A stretch of 32,932 bases of DNA, taken from assembly GCF_001194135.2 (NCBI RefSeq), contig NC_068981.1, positions 118,706,335 through 118,739,266 on the forward strand, given 5' to 3'. This DNA is from Octopus bimaculoides (Eukaryota). This document shows, piece after piece, positions 19,640 to 31,320 of this stretch. A model generated the notes under the pieces. It saw nothing but the letters and a program-made list of their open reading frames with translations, had not been told where the DNA came from and did no database searches. Position numbers and translations under genes: made by a program. Numbering within the stretch: the stretch's first letter is position 1; each line of letters opens with the position of its first letter.

Positions 19640-19860
19640 TGCTAAGTGGTATTTCGTATGTCTTTACATACTGAGTTCAAATTCTACCGAGGTTTGACTT
19701 TGCCTTTCATCCTTCATAAATTAAGTATCAATTGCACATAATTTGGGGGAGGGGTCAGTCGATTAGATCGACCCAAAGTATCAATTGCACATTGGGTCGA
19801 TCTAATCGACTGACCCCTCCCCCAAATTTTCGGGCCTTGCGCCTAGAGTAGAAAAGAATA
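19640..19860 (+). mobile_element. SINE family B (ATT-tail variant) with an internal inverted duplication
   Basis: Family B body plus the ccccaaatttcgggccttg..gaaaag tail. It contains 37-bp inverted arms at 19740-19776 and 19792-19828. Confidence 0.8.
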
Positions 19861-19884
19861 TTTGATTGTTAAATAATAAAAGAT

Positions 19885-20222
19885 TCAAATAAAGAACGCC
19901 TTCGGTCACGAATGACCATGGGATTGCACCTAGAAAGTTTCCTTCCGAGGAACGAGTCCAGCCAAAGTTGTTGTGGAAGACCAGCAGTCGCCTATGCATA
20001 CCAGTCTCCTTTCTACACAATATGGATTTTGTCTGAGGGAGGGCAAAGGCGGATACAGCTTGGAACCAGTGACACTGCAACTCATTTCTACAGGTGTGTG
20101 TACTGGAGCAACGTGATATAAAGTGCTTTGGTCAAGAACACAACACAGCCCAATCCTGGGATCGAACTCACAATCTCACAATTGTAAGCTCAGTGATATA
20201 ACCACTGTGCTATGCGCCTTAC
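19885..20222 (-). mobile_element. tRNA-derived CORE-type SINE (family C)
   Basis: Minus-strand head GGCGCATAGCACAGTGGTT...GAGTTCGATCCC followed by TGTGTTCTTGACCAAAGCACTT. The 3' body is unrelated to family A. Confidence 0.72.
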
Positions 20223-20531
20223 CGTAAAAATGACTTATTACTAAGGATAGAATCGAACTGAAATTTATTGTATTTAAGTAGTTGAATATGTATCAAGCTA
20301 TCTATCTATTTATCTCACTTTCTTTCTCTATCCCTCCGCATATATATAATATATATATATNNNNNNNNNNNNNNNNNNNNNNNNNNNNNNNNNNNNNNNN
20401 NNNNNNNNNNNNNNNNNNNNNNNNNNNNNNNNNNNNNNNNNNNNNNNNNNNNNNNNNNNNNNNNNNNNNNNNNNNNNNNNNNNNNNNNNNNNNNNNNNNN
20501 NNNNACAAGAAGCAGTAATTGAAGATAGATT

Positions 20532-20598
<67 letters not shown>

Positions 20599-21112
20599 CA
20601 TTATATAAAAAAAAATTGCCTAAAATTTGTTATTGCTTTGTTGTTACTATTGTTTATCCCTAAGTGAATCCAGAACTAGGCGGGCCTTTGATCTAAGGCA
20701 AACAAAAACATCTTTAAATGATTATTCCGGAGCATATTCACCATCTACTTCAATTACTGCTTCTTGTATTCTTATTTCCGTTTATGTAACGGTGATATGC
20801 CGTTGTATATCGCCCTATATTGAACGGTATTCCAGCCATGAACATTCAGTCGTTTACGATGTATGTAAAATCACGTTATCTAATATGTGTGTTTCTTGAG
20901 GAAGATTTGGTTACTGTTACTAGGAGATCGAGGAAGGTTTTGCTTTGAAACATTGTTGTTGTTGTTGTCATTGCCGTTGTTGAGTTTCTTTAACCACAAC
21001 TCAGCCCTTGGTGAGTTGACCTATGATAAAAGTGCTACGCCCGTGAGCATCTTGTATGTATGTATGTATGTATGTATTTGTGTACGTATGTATGTATCTA
21101 TGTATGTATTTG

Positions 21113-21144
<32 letters not shown>

Positions 21145-21289
21145 TATCTCGGATTATATTTACCAACTGAAGCATTCTTCTTTGTGACGACAAAGCATGA
21201 TTAGAGAGAAATTTGACAGTTATTTTTTATAGATTGAGCCACTATATAAAGGCTGTCAGTACGGCACATTATTTGCGTTGTAAATATAA

Positions 21290-21821
21290 CTCAGTAGTGG
21301 CGAATTGTTAAAGGCGTTAGGATGCCTCGCTTCATTTATCCCAGCTCCCTACGCTCTGAGCTCAAATCTTGACAAGGTCTGAGATCGATAAAATAAAACG
21401 CTAGTCAAGTAGTGGGTCAAATTTAATCGACTTACTCTTCCTCCAAATTCGAGACCTCGTGCCAGTTTAAGAACTTATCATACAGCGGATTGGTAGAATC
21501 GTTAGGTAGTATGGTAGGGACGGACAAAATGCTTATAGTATTTAGTCACTAGTCTTTAAGTTCTTAGTTCATATCCCACCAAGGTCTTCCCTCCTGGGTC
21601 TATAACATATGGTAACCGTCAAAATATAATCAACAAACCACCCCAAACTGCAGGCTGTGTACTTATATTAGAAACAAATATTATTATCAAACCATTAGTA
21701 AGTCGAACGAAATGCCTATCGGTATTTATTCCAACTCTATGTTCTAAGCTCAAATCTCACTGAGGTAAACTTCTTTTCCAGGATTGATAAAATAAAGTGC
21801 TAGACTCAGTTGTTGGTATTA

Positions 21822-21868
<47 letters not shown>

Positions 21869-22053
21869 GCAGAATCGTTAGCACTCGAGCAAAATGCTTA
21901 GCGGCATTTCGTCCGTCTTTACTTTCTGAGTTCAAATTCCGCCTTTCATCCTTTCGGGGTCGATAAATTAAATACCAGTGAATCATTGGGGTCGATGTAA
22001 TCGACTAGTCCCCTCCCCACCAAATTTCAGGCCTTGTGCCTATATTAGAAAGG

Positions 22054-22060
<7 letters not shown>
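21290..22060 (+). mobile_element. Four tandem SINE family B copies of differing degeneracy
   Basis: The body motif (gaatcgttag...aaatgctta.cggtattt...ctgagttcaaat...) recurs at ~21290, ~21485, ~21690 and 21868. The last copy is best preserved and is flanked by (ATT)n. Confidence 0.65.
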
Positions 22061-22102
<42 letters not shown>

Positions 22103-22103
22103 G

Positions 22104-22191
22104 ATAGATAGATAGAGAGATGAGTTCTTAACTATTGTATACGATTGACATCGTATACAAAAGTTAAGAACTCATCTCTCTATCTATCTAT
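22104..22191. repeat. Near-perfect 42-bp inverted repeat (hairpin, 4-nt loop)
   Basis: Arms 22104-22145 and 22150-22191 are reverse complements with one mismatch. The loop is TGAC. Confidence 0.95.
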
Positions 22192-22227
22192 TATATTTCT
22201 GCTGAGTTACCAGCCCTTTATATAAAC

Positions 22228-22276
<49 letters not shown>

Positions 22277-22277
22277 T

Positions 22278-22860
22278 ACTATTAATCTGCATGTTTGTTA
22301 CAATCACTCGCTGAGACACACCCAGCATTCTAGGGGGAGTGGAGGATAAGAGATGTTACAGTATGACTGAGAACTTAGGGAGAGGAAATGACAGGGGAAG
22401 TAGCGAAATATCTTCATGTAATACAACACATACATTTAAATTAATAGGTTTTTTCGAAGTATGTGGGCACTGCTTGTCAGCACAATCTTTTGGATTTCTC
22501 TTGAGACATGGTTCTCCTGGGATATTATCTAGATGTTTCTGACATCCCTTTTTTATCATACCTAGGGCACCCACAATAACAGGAATAGTTTTCGTTTTAA
22601 GGTGCCCCATTTTTTGTATTTCAATTTCCAGATTTTATATTTACTTAATTTATCAAATTCCTTTACAGATATATTTTTATCACTGGAAACACTTACAACT
22701 ATTAGTCTGCAAGTATTTTCTTTTTGTCTTTAATGACTATGTCTGATCGATTAGCCTGGGTTGTTCTGTCGGTGTTGGCTGGAAAATCCCAAAGGATAGT
22801 GACATTTTTACCTTCAACGACTGGCTCAAGATGTTGTTCATGCCAGTAAGCAGGAGTGCT
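22278..22860 (-). mobile_element. R4/Dong-like LINE 3' end (family 1) flanked by (TAA)n
   Basis: Reads EGKNVTILWDFPANTDRTTQANRSDIVIKDK...KEFDKLSKY...GHLKTKTIPVIVGALG...HILRK, then a 3' UTR and a (TAA)n tail. Confidence 0.87.
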
Positions 22861-22872
22861 TATTATTATTAT

Positions 22873-23129
22873 TTATTGTCTTTGAACAGCTTCTAACGCT
22901 GGAGATGTACTACGGTGCCAGCTTATTTTTCGAGCACCATCCGGAGTATTCAAGCGGTTCCAAGCAGTACTGTTTTCTGCAAGTGCTCCACCCTTATTGC
23001 AGCCCCTATTTGTCCCACGTACTTCTCAAGAATTTTACTCACTGTTCCCAGGGCTCCGACAGTTATTGGTACTACTACCACCTTTTTCATTGACCACAAC
23101 TGCTTAATCTCCCAATATCACCTGTCATA
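22873..23129 (-). mobile_element. R4/Dong-like LINE 3' end (family 2) flanked by (TAA)n
   Basis: Reads WEIKQLWSMKKVVVVPITVGALGTVSKILEKYV..I..IRVEHLQKTVLLGTAxILRMVL, with a short UTR and a (TAA)n tail. Confidence 0.85.
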
Positions 23130-23157
23130 TTATTATTATTATTATTNNNNNNNNNNT

Positions 23158-23191
<34 letters not shown>

Positions 23192-23192
<1 letters not shown>

Positions 23193-23905
23193 TTGCGTTA
23201 GTGTATGCTAATTTAGAAGGCAGGTATCACATCTTGATGTTTGGTGATACAGGTCTCCTCAAATCTCATGAACCTTTCTTAAGATTCTTGCAGAATATAG
23301 GATGGTACTTATCTGCATGTTAACAATACGAGTTTCAATTCCAGTCTCTTTCATTTTGTTACATTGTATTTTGGGTGTTGTACCTAGTGCACTAATTACT
23401 CCAGAAATAATTGTTTTCTTGGTCTTTCACAGTCCCCTCAGCTCTCTTGTTAGATCCTGATATTTCTCAATTTTTAAAACTTCTTTGTTATCGACTCTGC
23501 TATCAAAGGAAACTGCAAAATCTATGATCTCGCAGTGCTTATTAATTTTCTCCTCTATGATTATATCTGGTTTTCTTACTTCAATAGTGTGGTCAGTCTT
23601 TATGGGGAAGTCCCTCAAGATCATATAATCCACATTTTCTATCACAGCTTCTGGTTCGTACTCATATCACTTTTCTGCTGTTTTCAAACCACACACTTGT
23701 CTAACATCTCAATGCACTCTTTTGCCTACACACTCATGTCTACACTTTTGTGCTAGTATATTGCACTTACTTAAAAGGTGATGCATACTTTCGTCTCCTT
23801 TGCTGCACATTCTACATTTGCTGTTTGACTGAGCTTTGCCGGTAGTTATCTTTACCAACTTTGTTCTAAGGGATTGCTCCTGAGCGGCTATAATCAGCGT
23901 TGCTA
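23192..23905 (-). mobile_element. R4/Dong-like LINE 3' end (family 3) with CCHC knuckle and RLE domain
   Basis: Reads IIAAQEQSL...KCRMCSKGDESMHHLLSKC...ILRDFPIKTDHTIEVRKPDIIIEEK...IIDFAV...KIEKYQDLTREL...ISALG. The tail is (CTA)n. Confidence 0.9.
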
Positions 23906-23916
23906 ATAATAATCAT

Positions 23917-23949
<33 letters not shown>

Positions 23950-23956
23950 AATAATA

Positions 23957-23987
<31 letters not shown>

Positions 23988-23995
23988 TAATAATA
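23906..23995. repeat. (AAC)n/(AAT)n microsatellite
   Basis: Directly visible. Confidence 0.95.
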
Positions 23996-24044
23996 GCACA
24001 CACACACACACACACACCGATTTATAAAGGAATATTTGATCGTT

Positions 24045-24218
24045 AAGTAATGCTTAGCGGTATTTTGTATGTCTTTACATTCTGAGTTCAAATTCCGCCG
24101 AGGTCGACTTTGGTTTTCATCCTTTCTGGGTCGATAAATTAAGTACCAGTTACGTACTAGGTCGATCTAATCGACTGGCCCCTCCCAAATTTCGGGCCTT
24201 GTGCCTAGAGTAGAAAAG

Positions 24219-24278
<60 letters not shown>
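24045..24278 (+). mobile_element. SINE family B (ATT-tail variant) with a long (ATT)n tail into a gap
   Basis: Colinear with 19640-19860 and 21868-22055. Confidence 0.85.
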
Positions 24279-24555
24279 NNNNNNNNNNNNNNNNNNNNNN
24301 NNNNNNNNNNNNNNNNNNNNNNNNNNNNNNNNNNNNNNNNNNNNNNNNNNNNNNNNNNNNNNNNNNNNNNNNNNNNNNNNNNNNNNNNNNNNNNNNNNNN
24401 NNNNNNNNNNNNNNNNNNNNNNNNNNNNNNNNNNNNNNNNNNNNNNNNNNNNNNNNNNNNNNNNNNNNNNNNNNNNNNNNNNNNNNNNNNNNNNNNNNNN
24501 NNNNNNNNNNNNNNNNNNNNNNNNNNNNNNNNNNNNNNNNNNNNNNNNNNNNNNN

Positions 24556-25347
24556 CATTATCCAAAGATATTTTCAAAAATCAATAAAAATATCAACTAG
24601 GTTATAGTCGACCTGACCTCCCATCACAACCGCGAAATGGTTACGGAACCTAATGCATGAATCCGTCACTGTGTTTGCGGAAAGCTCTCAGAACACCTCC
24701 TTGGTCTTGGTCACCCGCACGGCCTCAGCGTTGCAGGCAGAGCGATTGGTGTCTTTCCCAGTCGCGCTCCACACATGGGATTACAATCAGAAAAATTAGG
24801 AGGTCAGAAATTGGGGCTAATGAAGTTGTTGAAATTCTCCAACAAATATTTCTGATTCTTTCACTAGGTAAGAAAGGACCCCAATCCTGCTGTCAAACAT
24901 GACCTTCCAGCAGCGGTTCTCTCCGGCAAGGGAGTGACCACAATTTCCAGCAGCTTTATATAGCCATTTGAGGCCTTCTTCACACGTTGTTGGATAAATC
25001 GTGGCGTATAGACACAGTCAGAACACTTGCTGTGTCCTTTCCTGCTGACCACGACTTCGTAGTCTCCGTTGCAGCTGTCTGTGTTACAGCCTTTACAGTG
25101 TTCACAGAGCAGCGAGCAGGAGTCATGATGTCGGCATTTTAATACCCGGCGCGAATCATCATGATACAGGTAACTCTTTTCCAATATTCAAATGACTTCC
25201 ATTTTTCCATGTCAGCTAACTTTTTCCTGACTACAACTTTAATATTTATGCTCGCCAACGCTGTTGACTATTCACCAATACATTAAGCTGTTCCTGAAAA
25301 AAGCAGACATAAAAAAAAATCGTCAAACTTATCCCGAACACCCTGTA
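24556..25347 (-). mobile_element. Decayed, internally deleted mariner-like (DD37D/maT-like) transposon
   Basis: Minus strand reads YIKLLEIVVTP...QQD...NQKYLLENFNNFISPNFxPPNFSDCNPM. The spacing is compatible with D37D. The left terminus TA|CAGGGTGTTCGGGATAAG lies at 25347-25328. The other end may lie in the gap. Confidence 0.8.
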
Positions 25348-25364
25348 TGCACACATACGTTGAC

Positions 25365-25418
<54 letters not shown>

Positions 25419-26139
25419 CCTGCAAGTCTGCCATCCATCCGTCCACCAAGCCAGACAGACAGACCGATATGAATCGGCTTCGTTCAGCCGTGGGGAGACC
25501 ACTCATACTGCCCCTCTCCAGAAATTGAAAAGTGCTGGGTTAGAAGAAACTAGCAATCTCTTCATATAGGAAAAAATAACATGAATATGCTACAGGAACC
25601 GTATAAGAACGAATGAATATACAGTATAGCCCGGAACTGAAATACAGAAGGAGAGAAGGAAGAAATATATTTGGTGAACGAATGACCGTCACTGTTTTTT
25701 ATTTTCTATCTAAAAGATTTCGTATGAATACGATACATCTGAATATATAAAGTCTCCATTCTAACATACAAAAACGTTTTCTAAACAACGCAAACGTCAA
25801 ACTACCCAGCGATGACGGAAGACGCAGCTATGCTGTCGCATAACATGCTAGATATAGCTGCAAAATTCTACATTAGATCATAACCCACTGCTTTCGAAAC
25901 GACAGTTCAAAAATAGACTGCGCCCGAAAAAGTGTGAGATGGTAAAAATAAAATAGGTTTGATACATCAGGTGGGGCTGGTTAACAACAACGACAATAAC
26001 AACAGCAAAAAACACAAATGTCAGCCAAACCCTTGTCTTTTATTCTGTTGCCTACCAAAATTAAAGCGATTCCTTTCGATGTAATAATTTGCAATGGACA
26101 TACGTATACACATGCATTAATACGCGTGAAGGAATCTGT

Positions 26140-26284
26140 CCGTCTGTCTGTATATCTGTCTGTCTGTCTGTATGTGTGTATGTATGTATGTATGTATGTA
26201 TGTGTGTATGCATGTATGTATGTGTGTATGTATGTATGTGTGTATGTATGTATGTGTGTATGTACGTATGTATGTATGTGTGTG

Positions 26285-26316
<32 letters not shown>

Positions 26317-27315
26317 TGTATGTGTGTATGTATGTATTTCTGTATGTGTGTATGTATTTATGTATGTGTGTATGTTTGTATGTATGTGTGTATGTATGTA
26401 TGTATGTATGTATGTATGTGTGTATGTGTGTATGTATGTATGTATGTATGTGTGTGTATATGTATGTATGTATGTATGTGTGTATGTATGTGTGTATGTG
26501 TGTGTATATGTATGTATGTATGTATGTATATATGNNNNNNNNNNNNNNNNNNNNNNNNNNNNNNNNNNNNNNNNNNNNNNNNNNNNNNNNNNNNNNNNNN
26601 NNNNNNNNNNNNNNNNNNNNNNNNNNNNNNNNNNNNNNNNNNNNNNNNNNNNNNNNNNNNNNNNNNNNNNNNNNNNNNNNNNNNNNNNNNNNNNNNNNNN
26701 NNNNNNNNNNNNNNNNNNNNNNNNNNNNNNNNNNNNNNNNNNNNNNNNNNNNNNNNNNNNNNNNNNNNNNNNNNNNNNNNNNNNNNNNNNNNNNNNNNNN
26801 NNNNNNNNNNNNNNNNNNNNNNNNNNNNNNNNNNNNNNNNNNNNNNNNNNNNNNNNNNNNNNNNNNNNNNNNNNNNNNNNNNNNNNNNNNNNNNNNNNNN
26901 NNNNNNNNNNNNNNNNNNNNNNNNNNNNNNNNNNNNNNNNNNNNNNNNNNNNNNNNNNNNNNNNNNNNNNNNNNNNNNNNNNNNNNNNNNNNNNNNNNNN
27001 NNNNNNNNNNNNNNNNNNNNNNNNNNNNNNNNNNNNNNNNNNNNNNNNNNNNGTATGTATGTGTGTGTGTATATAAGTATGTATGTATGTGTGTATGTGT
27101 GTATGTATGTGTGTATGTATGTATGTATGTGTGTGTGTATGTATGTATGTATGTATGTGTGTATGTGTGTATGTATGTATGTGTGTATGTGTGTGTGTAT
27201 GTATGTGTGTATGTATGTATGTATCTGTGTGTGTATGTATGTATGTATGTATGTATGTATGTGTGTATGTATGTGTGTATGGACGTATGTGTGTATGTGT
27301 GTGTGTATGTATGTG
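26140..27315. repeat. Long compound (TATG)/(TGTG) microsatellite with an internal gap
   Basis: Directly visible. It produces the MYVC/HTYI pseudo-ORFs. Confidence 0.97.
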
Positions 27316-27389
27316 CTCTGAATAAAGTATGCCAATTTGTATGACAGGAAACGACAGCAAACAATAAAAAGTATAACAAATACTGAGGT

Positions 27390-27403
27390 ACGTGTGTGTA
27401 TGT

Positions 27404-27445
<42 letters not shown>

Positions 27446-27539
27446 ATACATACATACAAACATATATACATGTATATATTTGCCAATATATATACGTAGT
27501 CAATATCATTCTTTATAAAACGATTGATACGCTGAGATT

Positions 27540-27597
<58 letters not shown>

Positions 27598-28058
27598 NNN
27601 NNNNNNNNNNNNNNNNNNNNNNNNNNNNNNNNNNNNNNNNNNNNNNNNNNNNNNNNNNNNNNNNNNNNNNNNNNNNNNNNNNNNNNNNNNNNNNNNNNNN
27701 NNNNNNNNNNNNNNNNNNNNNNNNNNNNNNNNNNNNNNNNNNNNNNNNNNNNNNNNNNNNNNNNNNNNNNNNNNNNNNNNNNNNNNNNNNNNNNNNNNNN
27801 NNNNNNNNNNNNNNNNNNNNNNNNNNNNNNNNNNNNNNNNNNNNNNNNNNNNNNNNNNNNNNNNNNNNNNNNNNNNNNNNNNNNNNNNNNNNNNNNNNNN
27901 NNNNNNNNNNNNNNNNNNNNNNNNNNNNNNNNNNNNNNNNNNNNNNNNNNNNNNNNNNNNNNNNNNNNNNNNNNNNNNNNNNNNNNNNNNNNNNNNNNNN
28001 NNNNNNNNNNNNNNNNNNNNNNNNNNNNNNNNNNNNNNNNNNNNNNNNNNNNNNNNNN

Positions 28059-28130
<72 letters not shown>

Positions 28131-28545
28131 TGCATATATATATATATATAAATACATACACACATATATGTATGCATTTATGTATGTTTGTATCTACATA
28201 TGCATATATACTTGTGTGTGTATGCATGCATGTACGTAGATATGTACACTCGCTGCTTGCACAAACTGACTCTCTCTCATATATATATATGTGTGTGTGT
28301 GTGTATACATATATGTATACATATATATATATCATGTATATATACATATATACATACAAATATATATATGTGATTTTGTGTGTGTATATATGTATGCATA
28401 TATGTCTATATCTTTTAATTGTCTCAGTCACAGGACTGTGGCCTTTTGGGGACACTACATACAGAACCCCCGCGCACACACACGCACACACACACACACA
28501 CACACAGACACGCAGACACACAAACACACGCGCGCGCACACACAT

Positions 28546-28586
<41 letters not shown>

Positions 28587-28700
28587 ATAGACGTAATTTA
28601 CGTGCGTATATAGGTGCATGTTTGTATGTTTGTATATGGGCATGTTTTGCAAGAACACACACACTTAGGTATGTATGTATATGAGGAAGAAGACAGAAAG
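27390..28700. repeat. Mosaic of (GT)n, (GATA)n, (TA)n, (CA/CG)n and (GA)n microsatellites
   Basis: Directly visible. It includes a short SINE family A tail fragment at ~28406-28460. Confidence 0.93.
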
Positions 28701-29879
28701 ACAGATAGACAGGGAAAGAGAGAGCGAGAGAAGAACGAAGAGGATGATGAATAAGTGTATATCAAGTACATGTGAATGCAGCATAAAATAAGAGATGTAT
28801 GTAGTCTGAGTCTTTGTCATCTTTGTGTTCATGTTACCAGTGTGAAGTGTGTGTGACCAGCATTTCGAGAATTCTGTCTACCAAACACTGTCCATCTATC
28901 TCACGCTGTTTCTCTGTAAATATTTATACATTATAAACCAATCACACACACACACACATGCATGCAAACACGGACACACACGTGTTAAAACATCTAATAA
29001 TTGGCTTATATGAGAGTGTATATGTATAATTGTACTCATTTACATATAAATACATTTCGATGTTATGTATGTATATATATATATATATATNNNNNNNNNN
29101 NNNNNNNNNNNNNNNNNNNNNNNNNNNNNNNNNNNNNNNNNNNNNNNNNNNNNNNNNNNNNNNNNNNNNNNNNNNNNNNNNNNNNNNNNNNNNNNNNNNN
29201 NNNNNNNNNNNNNNNNNNNNNNNNNNNNNNNNNNNNNNNNNNNNNNNNNNNNNNNNNNNNNNNNNNNNNNNNNNNNNNNNNNNNNNNNNNNNNNNNNNNN
29301 NNNNNNNNNNNNNNNNNNNNNNNNNNNNNNNNNNNNNNNNNNNNNNNNNNNNNNNNNNNNNNNNNNNNNNNNNNNNNNNNNNNNNNNNNNNNNNNNNNNN
29401 NNNNNNNNNNNNNNNNNNNNNNNNNNNNNNNNNNNNNNNNNNNNNNNNNNNNNNNNNNNNNNNNNNNNNNNNNNNNNNNNNNNNNNNNNNNNNNNNNNNN
29501 NNNNNNNNNNNNNNNNNNNNNNNNNNNNNNNNNNNNNNNNNNNNNNNNNNNNNNNNNNNNNNNNNNNNNNNNNNNNNNNNNNNNNNNNNNNNNNNNNNNN
29601 NNNNNNNNNNNNNNNNNNNNNNNNNNNNNNNNNNNNNNNNNNNNNNNNNNNNNNNNNNNNNNNNNNNNNNNNNNNNNNNNNNNNNNNNNNNNNNNNNNNN
29701 NNNNNNNNNNNNNNNNNNNNNNNNNNNNNNNNNNNNNNNNNNNNNNAGAATTTAGATATTATTAGGAATTCTATAAAAATTGGTTGAAGTACAATCAATC
29801 AATTACACATAAATTTTAATAACAAACCCTTGTATGGGTCCCGAAAGGGTCATATGGTCCCCGTTTGATAAGCACAGAT

Positions 29880-30364
29880 TCATACAAACAGACATGCATA
29901 TATATATAAACGTAATACATACATACATACATACATACATACATACATACATACATACATACATACATACATACATACGTACGTACATACATACGTACAT
30001 ACACACACAGATACATACATACATACAGATACATACATATATTTATACATACATACACACATGTGCATACATACATACATACATACATACATACATACAT
30101 ACTTGCACACAGATACATACATACATACATACACACATACATCATTTGCGTATCTTATCTATAAATCCATCCTATACTGTTTCAGTAACGTATGTTTAGC
30201 TTGTATTTGATGCGAAAAATAGAGATAGAAAGTCAGGGAGTGAGTGAGAAGGAGAGAGAGAGAGAGAGAGACAGAGAGAGAGACAGAGAGAGACAGAGAT
30301 ACCGGCGGACTAACTGTGAGACACAGGACCGACGAAAAGAAAGACTAAGACTAAAGGAGAGAGG

Positions 30365-30400
<36 letters not shown>

Positions 30401-30493
30401 CTGACGGACAGACAAACAGACAAAGACAGACACTGATAGAAAATAGAGTTAAATTGAGACAACGAGAGAGAAAACAGAGAGAGAGAAAGATAC

Positions 30494-30526
<33 letters not shown>

Positions 30527-30581
30527 GGCATGCATATATACCAACCAGCAGATATAAATATAGACAAATAGTGAACAGTAC

Positions 30582-30620
<39 letters not shown>

Positions 30621-30637
30621 CATATATATATATATAC

Positions 30638-30668
<31 letters not shown>

Positions 30669-30810
30669 AACACACACACACACATGCGCACACATACATA
30701 TGTGTGTATATATACATATGTACATACACATAGGCAAACACACACAAACTGACAGATAGACAAAGAGAAACGAATATAGGGACAATAAAAGATGGAGAGA
30801 TACAGGGATA

Positions 30811-30845
<35 letters not shown>

Positions 30846-31032
30846 TGTGTGTGCGTGTGTGTGTGTGTGTGTGTGTGCGTGTGTCTGTGTGTGTGTCTGT
30901 GTATTTCGGAATCACAACGAGAGGCAGAGCCAGACATAAAAATAAACAAGCTTTTCTTTTTCCTGCGCGTGAACGATGTCACAGAATTATAAGAAAACCC
31001 ATTGTTTTTTTTTGTAGTATTGTTATTATTAT

Positions 31033-31063
<31 letters not shown>

Positions 31064-31209
31064 GCTGCTACTACTATCTTTCTCCTCTTCGTTGTGTATC
31101 ACCACCAGGACCACCAAATGTCCATTCCATTTTATAAAAATAACAACAGTAACAGAACTGATAGTAATGATATAAAATATAGATGATAATGATAATAATA
31201 ATAATAATA

Positions 31210-31242
<33 letters not shown>

Positions 31243-31243
31243 G

Positions 31244-31274
<31 letters not shown>

Positions 31275-31320
31275 GTTAATGATGTTAATGATGTTAATGA
31301 TGACAACGATAACGATTTCT
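29880..31320. repeat. Mosaic of (CATA)n, (GA)n, (GACA)n, (TA)n, (GT)n, (ACT)n and (AAT)/(ATT)n microsatellites
   Basis: Directly visible. Confidence 0.93.

Noticed and set aside
25981-28684. Very long ORFs (up to 893 aa) rich in HTYI/MYVC
   Set aside because: They are translations of stop-free microsatellites and N gaps, not coding sequence.
28834-28913. Minus-strand KQREIDGQCLVDRILEML resembling Ras/Rap KQxEVDGQxCxLEILD
   Set aside because: The DTAG motif is missing, there is no polypyrimidine tract, and the sequence overlaps degenerate GA/GATA repeats. It is probably chance.
29815-29875. piggyBac-like terminus (CCCTTG...GGGTCATATGGTCCCC)
   Set aside because: There is no adjacent TTAA and no matching opposite end in the window.
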